NCBI GenBank assembly: GCA_029260965.1
Contig: JAJDCG010000001.1
Coordinates: 376,012 to 440,011, forward strand
Source: Candidatus Levyibacteriota bacterium
GTDB taxonomy: Bacteria > Patescibacteriota > Microgenomatia > Levybacterales > UBA12049
Length of the DNA: 64,000 nucleotides
Reading direction: 5' to 3'
Both the position numbers and the translations under genes were made by a program. Under the pieces are notes generated by a model. It had not been told where the DNA came from, did not search any database, and worked only from the letters and a program-made list of their open reading frames with translations. This document shows, in pieces, positions 49,838 to 56,763 of this stretch; position 1 is the stretch's first letter, and every line of letters starts with the position of its first letter.

Positions 49838-51371
49838 AATGAAGTTTTTACTACTTTTTGCATTAATTACAATTGGAGGCTTTCTGAGAATTTTTAACGT
49901 AGATCAAAACCCTCCTGGTCTTTATATAGACGAGGTATCAATTGGTGTTAACGCTTACGAAATTCTTACTAGGGGAGTAGATGAGCATGGTGTGTCATTT
50001 CCCCTATTTTTTGAAGCATTTGGAGAATACAAGATGCCAGCATATATCTATCTCGTCTCAGGGGCAATGGCAGTTGTCGGCAAGATTGATCTTGCAGTAC
50101 GTCTTCCGTCAATCATTTTTGGCATTCTGACAATACCGCTACTATACTTATTTATTAGAAAGCTAATTGAGTTAAATCCGAAACAGATACAAAATAATAA
50201 ATTTCAAATTTCAAAATTCAAAATTCCAATAGTTGCGGCAGCATTATTGGCGCTCTCCCCTTGGCATATACACTTTTCTCGCGCTGGTTTTGAGGCAAAT
50301 GTGGCACTTTTTATCTTTCTATTGGGATCATACTTTGGGTTACTTTTTTGGAGTAATAAAAAATACAAATTTTTGATTTTATGTTTTATCTTTTTTTCTC
50401 TTACACTTTATACCTACAATGCCTATCGTGTAATTTCACCTCTTATGGTCCTGATTATTTCACTATTCATATTTTTAAAATTTATTAAGTTTAGAAAAAA
50501 AGTAGTTGCTGCGCTTATTGGTTTTGCACTTCTTATTTTACCTGTAGTTCAGTTTTCCATGACTGAGGCAGGCGCAACACGTTTTGATGATGTATCTGCC
50601 TTCACTAAGTACGAGGACAGATCTTCACAGGAAAAGCTGAAGATTTATCCTATGGAAGTGATGAATAACTATTTTTCTTATTTCTCTTTGGAATTTTTAT
50701 TTTCAACTGGAGACAACAACAACCGCCACCAACTGCCTGGCTTTGGTCTTGTCTGGCGCTGGCTTATACCATTTACCCTGATAGGTTTTTATCAGAGCAT
50801 GCACAGGAAAAATAAATTATTTAAATACTCATTTTTAACCATGTTGCTTCTAGCACCACTTCCAGCCAGCATTGTTCAGCCAAATCCTCACTCGCTAAGA
50901 TCACTTCTCATGGTACTTCCCCTCACTGTTTTTGCCGCATATGGTTTAGTTTGGTTTTTTGAACATTTTAAAAAATACAAGCTTCTTGTTGCTTTTTGCT
51001 TATTGCTTATCTCTTTTTACGAATTTAGTCTTTTCATGCACAATTATTATTTCCACTACCCGCGTGCAAACTCACCAGATTGGGGAGCAGGATACAAGCA
51101 GATGACATTGCGGATGAATGAGATAAAAAGTGGTTATGATCATATTGTGGTCGACCAAAATCTTTCGAATGCGTCTTCATATATTGATTTTTATGGAGAT
51201 GGTATTGAGCCATTGTATGTTGATACTTCGTGGACCAAACCAGATGCTTGGGATGAAGAGGATGTTTTGTATGTCAGGCCTTTTTACGGCAATCGAGAGG
51301 GAGAGTATATAATTGAAAATATTTATTTACCACAGAGAGATGATATACATGCGCAATTTTGGAAATTATGA
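49830..51371 (+). CDS. GT-C glycosyltransferase (ArnT/PMT-like)
   Basis: YIDEVSIGVNAYEILTRGVDEHG..AFGEYKMP, SPWH, PHSLR. Confidence 0.87.
   Translation: MNKMKFLLLFALITIGGFLRIFNVDQNPPGLYIDEVSIGVNAYEILTRGVDEHGVSFPLFFEAFGEYKMPAYIYLVSGAMAVVGKIDLAVRLPSIIFGILTIPLLYLFIRKLIELNPKQIQNNKFQISKFKIPIVAAALLALSPWHIHFSRAGFEANVALFIFLLGSYFGLLFWSNKKYKFLILCFIFFSLTLYTYNAYRVISPLMVLIISLFIFLKFIKFRKKVVAALIGFALLILPVVQFSMTEAGATRFDDVSAFTKYEDRSSQEKLKIYPMEVMNNYFSYFSLEFLFSTGDNNNRHQLPGFGLVWRWLIPFTLIGFYQSMHRKNKLFKYSFLTMLLLAPLPASIVQPNPHSLRSLLMVLPLTVFAAYGLVWFFEHFKKYKLLVAFCLLLISFYEFSLFMHNYYFHYPRANSPDWGAGYKQMTLRMNEIKSGYDHIVVDQNLSNASSYIDFYGDGIEPLYVDTSWTKPDAWDEEDVLYVRPFYGNREGEYIIENIYLPQRDDIHAQFWKL
50172..50227 (+). repeat. 7-nt-period array inside a GT-C gene
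   Basis: ...AATTTCA AATTTCA AAATTCA AAATTCC, encoding LNPKQIQNNKFQISKFKIP. Confidence 0.8.
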
Positions 51372-51946
51372 TTAAAAAAATCATTTTATTTATTGGAGTA
51401 TTCGTAATTATTTCAACAGTAGGTCCTTTTCTGGATTGTTGGCGATTTGACGAACGAATTTATTTTTCTCCGCTTGAGATGGATCTTAAATTAATTGAGG
51501 CAGTTCATAATGACGTTGGATATGCACCCAATATCGCGCGAATTTTTCATAACAAGGCTCAGCTTGGTGCATTTTTTGTATTTGACAGTTATCTTTATTT
51601 TTTTGATATCCGTTTTCTTGCACCCATTTTTTCGCTTGTCGGTTATGTAGGAATATTTTGGGGATTTTGGTATTTGTTTGGTTTAAAAAATAAATTTAGA
51701 CAATTTATAATTTCTTTACTCCTAGTCCTTCCTTTTATAGAAATTTTTAAATTAATTGACAACACTTTTGCCCGTGCTTTGATTATTTCTGTGCCATATT
51801 TTGTATTATCGATTTTTGGGATATGGCAGTTTTTGAAATCTCATAAATGGATAGGCGTGTTGGTGGTTCTGATTTTGGTTGTATTATCGGTTTGGTACAC
51901 CGATGTTTTTGGTTCAGGCATAGTTGATGCCTGCAGCAAAGTATAG
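51368..51946 (+). CDS. Short membrane protein resembling the C-terminal half of the GT-C paralogs
   Basis: ARIFHNK...SYLYFFDIRFL aligns by eye with LVFDNRR...GYLSHFDINWL of 44955-46643. Confidence 0.6.
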   Translation: MIKKIILFIGVFVIISTVGPFLDCWRFDERIYFSPLEMDLKLIEAVHNDVGYAPNIARIFHNKAQLGAFFVFDSYLYFFDIRFLAPIFSLVGYVGIFWGFWYLFGLKNKFRQFIISLLLVLPFIEIFKLIDNTFARALIISVPYFVLSIFGIWQFLKSHKWIGVLVVLILVVLSVWYTDVFGSGIVDACSKV

Positions 51947-52086
51947 CATTACATAAACATAAAATTATGGAAAAATATTTGATTTTATGATCCAAACCAT
52001 GGAATTATGATGAGTTGGGTTATTGATCAATATCTGGTATTGGGAGATAGGTATAAAGTAGGTAATGATTTTGCTACAATAGTCTT

Positions 52087-53064
52087 ATGAAGATTTTAGT
52101 TACAGGTGGTGCTGGATATATTGGTAGTTTCATGACTCGTCGCTTGCTTGATGGAGATCACAGCGTCGTGGTAGTTGATAGTCTGGATCGTGGACATAGG
52201 GATGTTATTGATGGTCGCGCAGCTTTTGAAGAGGGAAATTTGTTGGATAATGATTTTCTGAAAAAAGTTTTTGAAAAGTACCAATTCGACGGCATTATCC
52301 ACTTTGCGGGGTTTATAGCAATGGGTGAGTCGATGCAGAGGCCAGATCTTTATTTTTCAAACAATACGTTTGCAACTATGAATCTGTTGGAGGAGGCACG
52401 TCTTGCAGGTGTTAAAAAAATTATTTTTTCTTCAACAGCAGGTGTTTACGGAACACCAAGTAAAGTCCCCATAAATGAAGATCATCCCAAAAATCCTGAA
52501 AATCCATATGGTGAGAGCAAACTGATGATTGAGCGTATGCTTGCCTGGTATCAGAGGATCCACGGTGTTAGTTTTGTCGCGCTTAGATATTTTAATGCAG
52601 CTGGTGCATCACTTGATGGTAGATTTGGCGAGAGACATACTCCTGAGGAGAGTCATATCATTCCCAATGTCATGAAGGCAGCGCTTTCTGGTAGTTCGTT
52701 CAAGCTTTTTGGATCTGATTATGATACTCCTGACGGAACATGTGTGAGAGACTATATTCATGTGCTTGATCTGGTTGAGGCGCATATATTGGCGCTTGAG
52801 AGATTGATTAGTAAAAAAGGAGGATTTTACTACAATGTTGGTACGGGAAAGGGTTTTAGCAACAAAGAGGTTGCTCAGATGATAAAGAAAGTATCAAATG
52901 TGGATTTTAGCATAGATATGGTTGGTCGTAGACCAGGAGATACAGACTCACTTATTGCTGCAACCGATAAAATTAGGAAAGAGCTTGGATTTGAACCAAA
53001 ACACTCAGATCTTGAAACAATAGTTCGTTCTGCGCTACTCTTTTACAAGACTAGAAGTTTGTAA
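52087..53064 (+). CDS. galE: UDP-glucose 4-epimerase
   Basis: TGGAGYIGS, HFAG, YGESK, LRYFNAAG, DGTCVRDYIHV. Confidence 0.96.
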   Translation: MKILVTGGAGYIGSFMTRRLLDGDHSVVVVDSLDRGHRDVIDGRAAFEEGNLLDNDFLKKVFEKYQFDGIIHFAGFIAMGESMQRPDLYFSNNTFATMNLLEEARLAGVKKIIFSSTAGVYGTPSKVPINEDHPKNPENPYGESKLMIERMLAWYQRIHGVSFVALRYFNAAGASLDGRFGERHTPEESHIIPNVMKAALSGSSFKLFGSDYDTPDGTCVRDYIHVLDLVEAHILALERLISKKGGFYYNVGTGKGFSNKEVAQMIKKVSNVDFSIDMVGRRPGDTDSLIAATDKIRKELGFEPKHSDLETIVRSALLFYKTRSL

Positions 53065-53120
53065 GGCTGCAAGTTGGAAAGACCGTTTGACAAACCTTAA
53101 AAACTTAAAAACCAAATTAC
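53047..53120. repeat. Inverted pair of 8-nt-period arrays at the galE/GT4 junction
   Basis: AAGACTAG AAGTTTGT AAGGCTGC AAGTTGGA AAGACC ... ACAAACCTT AAAAACTT AAAAACC. Confidence 0.65.
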
Positions 53121-53126
53121 TAATCT

Positions 53127-54158
53127 ATGAAAATTGCAATTGATGTTTCACCTTTAAAGTCAGGTCATAGGGTTCGTGGAGTTGGATCTTACCTTAGAAA
53201 TCTCAAAGATGCACTAATTAAGTATCATGACAAAGAGAAATTTGTTTTTTTTGAACACGAATCAGAAATTCCAAGCAATATTGACCTAGTGCACTATCCA
53301 TATTTTGATCCCTTTTTTCGTACACTCCCGTTTGATAAAAAATATAAAACAGTTGTTACGGTTCATGACCTTACACCGCTTGTTTTCCCTCAACATTTTC
53401 CAGCAGGAGTGAGGGGTAGGATAAACTGGGAGATTCAGAAATATAATTTGAAAAAAGTAGACAGAATTATAACCGATTCTAAAAATTCAAAAAAGGACAT
53501 AGTACGCCTTGCTGGAGTCTCATCTGACAAAGTTGACGTAGTCTATCTAGCTGCTTCGGAGAATTTTAAAAAATTGGAAATTCAATGTAAATACAATTTA
53601 CCTGATAAATTTGTTTTGTATGTTGGTGATGTTACTTGGAATAAAAACTTGCCACGTCTTATTGATGCTTGTTTGAGCGCTGGTGTTTCACTCGTGATGG
53701 TAGGAAAGGCAATTGAAGATAAAAATTTTGATAGATCTAATCTATGGAATAAAGATTTAATTAGAATCAAAGATCAAAAATCAAGGGTCAAAGATCAGAT
53801 TATAACGCTAGGTTTTGTATCTGATGAAGATTTGGTCGCTATTTATAATAAGGCAACTGTATTTGCAATGCCCAGTCTTTATGAAGGGTTTGGATTGCCT
53901 ATTCTGGAGGCAATGCAGAGTGGCACACCGGTTGTAACAAGTGATCGAGGTTCAATTCCTGAGGTTGTGGGTGATGCTGCTTTGATAGTCGATGCAGAAA
54001 ATTCAGAAAGTATAGCAAGTGTTATAAAGGAGGTTTTTGATAACGAAAAGCTTCAAAAAGAATTATCTGAAAAAGGCTTGAAACAAGCGAAGAAATTTAG
54101 ATGGAAAAAGACTGCTGCTCAAACGCTTTCAGCGTATGAGCGGGTTCTTGGTTCCTAG
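53127..54158 (+). CDS. GT4 glycosyltransferase (mannosyltransferase-like)
   Basis: RGVGSY, TVHDL, KNLPRLI, PSLYEGFGLPILEAM. Confidence 0.93.
   Translation: MKIAIDVSPLKSGHRVRGVGSYLRNLKDALIKYHDKEKFVFFEHESEIPSNIDLVHYPYFDPFFRTLPFDKKYKTVVTVHDLTPLVFPQHFPAGVRGRINWEIQKYNLKKVDRIITDSKNSKKDIVRLAGVSSDKVDVVYLAASENFKKLEIQCKYNLPDKFVLYVGDVTWNKNLPRLIDACLSAGVSLVMVGKAIEDKNFDRSNLWNKDLIRIKDQKSRVKDQIITLGFVSDEDLVAIYNKATVFAMPSLYEGFGLPILEAMQSGTPVVTSDRGSIPEVVGDAALIVDAENSESIASVIKEVFDNEKLQKELSEKGLKQAKKFRWKKTAAQTLSAYERVLGS
53764..53798 (+). repeat. 7-nt-period array inside GT4
   Basis: GAATCAA AGATCAA AAATCAA GGGTCAA AGATCAG. Confidence 0.85.
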
Positions 54159-54172
54159 TTCTTAGATCTTAG
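54143..54172 (+). repeat. Left 7-nt array flanking the four-helix-bundle gene
   Basis: GGTTCTT GGTTCCT AGTTCTT AGATCTT AG; contains the GT4 stop codon. Confidence 0.88.
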
Positions 54173-54192
54173 TAGAATAATAATTTACTATT

Positions 54193-54576
54193 ATGAATAA
54201 TTTTGAAAAACTTGAAGCATGGAAAGAGTCTCATAAATTAGTACTTATGATTTATAAACTAGTTAAGAAGATTCCCTCAGACGAGAAATTCAGATTAATA
54301 GATCAGCTATGCCGTGCCGCAAGTTCTGTCCCAGCAAACCTGGTTGAAGGCGGAGCTAGGGCATACAGGAAGGAATATATTCAATACTGCTATCAAGCAA
54401 GAGCTTCTTTGGAAGAAACAAAGTATCATTTAATACTTACACGCGATTTAGAATTTTTAAGTACAAGAAACTATGCTGAGATTATGAATCAGGCGGATAA
54501 AGCCGGAAAATTAATAAATGGTTTGATATCATATTTGAGGAAAAATACAAAAGACCAAAGGCCAAATAATCTATGA
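54193..54576 (+). CDS. Four-helix-bundle protein (23S rRNA IVP family, bAvd-like fold)
   Basis: FEKLEAWKESHKL..IY..IPSDEKFRLIDQLCRAASSVPANLVEG..ARASLEET. Confidence 0.92.
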   Translation: MNNFEKLEAWKESHKLVLMIYKLVKKIPSDEKFRLIDQLCRAASSVPANLVEGGARAYRKEYIQYCYQARASLEETKYHLILTRDLEFLSTRNYAEIMNQADKAGKLINGLISYLRKNTKDQRPNNL

Positions 54577-54607
54577 TCCAAGAACCAACATCCAAGATCC
54601 AGCATCT
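54571..54607 (+). repeat. Right 7-nt array, reverse complement of the left array
   Basis: CTATGAT CCAAGAA CCAACAT CCAAGAT CCAGCAT CT; 23/30 identity to the reverse complement of 54143-54172. Confidence 0.88.
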
Positions 54608-55859
54608 GGCGCGCTTCGCGCGCAATCCTCTCATCTCAGGTAGTGCCGTCATGTTTGTTGGTTCTCTCCTGGGTAATGTATTTCATTTTCTTTTCAATAT
54701 TTTCATGAGCCGTAGTTTGAGTGTTGCAGAATACGGGATACTAATCGCACTCACTTCAGTTGCTACATTTCCGGGATTTCTATTTACTTCAATAGTTCCG
54801 ACTACTGTTCGTTTTGCAACGACTTTTATCACAAACAACGAGAAGGGAAAGCTTAAAGGACTATATATAAAAATTAGTAAAATTATGTTTTATTCAGGTG
54901 TGTTTTTTATGGCGCTTTTTGTCATTTTTTCCAGTCAAATTGCCAGCTTTTTGCGCATAGAAAATATCCAGTCATTTATTTGGTTTTTAGGAGCTTGGGT
55001 GATGGTTGGTTTGATTGGCAATGTAAATATGGCTTTTTTTCAGGCGCAGCTTTCTTTTAAATTTTCGTCATTCCTCACTTTTCTTGGCGGAATTCTCAAG
55101 TTTATATTTGGTGTCACGCTTGTGCTTTTGGGATTTAGAATAGGTGGGATATTGGTAGGAATAATTTTATCTGGATTTGTGGTTTTCTTGGTGGGACTTG
55201 TGCGTTTGCGGCCTATTTTTTACAACGCCACAAAATCTGTGCATATGAGCTACGGAGAGATTCTTCATTTTGGAGTACCTGCTACACTGGCGCTTTTAAG
55301 TGTAACTTCTTTTATAAATACAGACATCATACTTGTCAAGCATTTTTTTCCAGCGCATGAAGCAGGTCTCTATGCAGGATTGTCTCTAATAGGAAAAGTA
55401 ATATTTTATTTTTCTGCTCCTATTGGTGCTGTTATGTTTCCACTGATTGTTAAAAAACACGAACTTGGTCAAGCGAAGGGTCGGATGCTCTTGGCATCTC
55501 TCGGTCTTGTTTTGATTCCATCAGTAGCACTTACCTTGTTTTATTTTATTTTTCCAGAGTTCACAATTGGTTTTTTTCTCAAAAGAGCTGACTATCTGGC
55601 GGTGTCAGGAGTGCTTGGATTTTTTGGACTTTTTATGGCACTTTATGCCATTCTTTATATGTTGACCAATTTTTATCTTTCGATTAAAAAAACAAGAATC
55701 TATATCCCGATTTTTGTTGGTGCGCTTTTACAGATTGTCCTCATTTCTTTTTTTCATGAAAGTTTTTATCAGGTTATTGCCGTCTCAACAAGCTTAACAT
55801 TTTTACTTGTTGTTGGGCTTTTGCTATACTACAGGCATGCCACGCGTGAAAGAATTTAA
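54573..55859 (+). CDS. wzx: Second Wzx-type flippase
   Basis: LSVAEYGIL, NTDIILVKHFF..AGLYAGLSLIGK, VMFP; about 12 TM segments. Confidence 0.85.
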   Translation: MIQEPTSKIQHLARFARNPLISGSAVMFVGSLLGNVFHFLFNIFMSRSLSVAEYGILIALTSVATFPGFLFTSIVPTTVRFATTFITNNEKGKLKGLYIKISKIMFYSGVFFMALFVIFSSQIASFLRIENIQSFIWFLGAWVMVGLIGNVNMAFFQAQLSFKFSSFLTFLGGILKFIFGVTLVLLGFRIGGILVGIILSGFVVFLVGLVRLRPIFYNATKSVHMSYGEILHFGVPATLALLSVTSFINTDIILVKHFFPAHEAGLYAGLSLIGKVIFYFSAPIGAVMFPLIVKKHELGQAKGRMLLASLGLVLIPSVALTLFYFIFPEFTIGFFLKRADYLAVSGVLGFFGLFMALYAILYMLTNFYLSIKKTRIYIPIFVGALLQIVLISFFHESFYQVIAVSTSLTFLLVVGLLLYYRHATRERI

Positions 55860-56655
55860 AATTAATCTTCTCTCTGTAGTCATTCCCTCATACAAACAGG
55901 AGAAAACAATTGTAAAGGATATCAAAAACATAGTAAAAAATCTCAAAAATCTTGGTGTTAAACATGAGGTGATAGTGGTGATTGATGGAAAAGTTGATAA
56001 AACACTTGAAAAGCTTAAAAAAGGTTTTGGTTCTTTGCTTAGGGTTCAAAGACGATCCAAGTCAAAGATCCAAGAGCTGAGATTAAAGAACTTGCGCATA
56101 ATTTATTACGGAGAGAATCAGGGTAAAGGTCATGCTGTTCGAATAGGCATGATGACAGCCAGAGGTGATGTGGTAGGATTTATGGACGCTGGGATGGACA
56201 TACATCCTGCAGGATTTAGGATGCTCCTCAATCACATGGAGTGGTATGATGCGGATGTGATTGTCGGTTCCAAACTTCATCCTGTATCTCAGGTCAGGTA
56301 TCCCATCTACAGGAAAATTCTGTCCAAAGGTTACAGAGGAGTGACGCGTCTCCTGTTTGGATTCAAAGTACGTGATACACAGGTTGGTCTCAAGTTTTTT
56401 AGAAAAAAAGTTGTTCGCAAAGTCTTTCCAAGGCTTCTGGTTAAAAAATACGCTTTTGATATAGAAATTCTCGCAGTCAGCTATCAATTGGGATTTAAAA
56501 AGATCTATGAAGCACCAGTGATGATAGTGTTTAAAGAAAATAGTATTGACAAGAAAGGCCTGTTAAAGATAGTCTATCTGATGCTCATAGATACGGCAGC
56601 AGTATTTTACCGCATAAAATTCCTTGATTATTATAGAAAACGGCGTAGATCTTAG
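55837..56655 (+). CDS. GT2 polyprenyl-phosphate glycosyltransferase-like
   Basis: NQGKGHAV, FMDAG, DTQVGLKFF, FDIEIL. Start trimmed to ATG 55837. Confidence 0.87.
   Translation: MPRVKEFKINLLSVVIPSYKQEKTIVKDIKNIVKNLKNLGVKHEVIVVIDGKVDKTLEKLKKGFGSLLRVQRRSKSKIQELRLKNLRIIYYGENQGKGHAVRIGMMTARGDVVGFMDAGMDIHPAGFRMLLNHMEWYDADVIVGSKLHPVSQVRYPIYRKILSKGYRGVTRLLFGFKVRDTQVGLKFFRKKVVRKVFPRLLVKKYAFDIEILAVSYQLGFKKIYEAPVMIVFKENSIDKKGLLKIVYLMLIDTAAVFYRIKFLDYYRKRRRS
56023..56093. repeat. Degenerate inverted 7-nt array pair, in frame inside GT2
   Basis: GGTTTTGGTTCTTTG... followed by AGATCCA AGAGCTG AGATTAA AGAACTT. Confidence 0.6.
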
Positions 56656-56763
56656 ATCCTCGATCTTAGATCGTAGGAGAATGATCTCCCAAGAACCAAG
56701 AACTAGAAACTAAATATATGGACAAAGACCCAGCATCAAAGACCCAAGAACCAGGATCTGAGG
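56646..56763. repeat. Gene-less inverted 7-nt array pair with central hairpin, plus a further array in the GT4 N-terminus
   Basis: TAGATCT TAGATCC TCGATCT TAGATCG TA-GGAGA ATGA TCTCC-CAAGAA CCAAGAA CTAGAAA CTAAA ... CAAAGAC CCAGCAT CAAAGAC CCAAGAA CCAGGAT. Confidence 0.88.

Noticed and set aside
26241-51946. Poly-T/poly-A runs as phase-variation switches in GT-C genes
   Set aside because: The runs are short, explained by Phe/Lys codons in AT-rich membrane genes, and all these ORFs are intact.
51947-52086. Possible gene remnant or repeat arm upstream of galE (GGTATTG GGAGATA GGTATAA)
   Set aside because: Too degenerate, with no convincing reading frame; only the galE -10 box is supportable.
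54193-54576. Diversity-generating retroelement (bAvd-like gene) or 23S rRNA intervening sequence
   Set aside because: No reverse transcriptase, no template/variable repeat pair and no rRNA sequence seen in the window.
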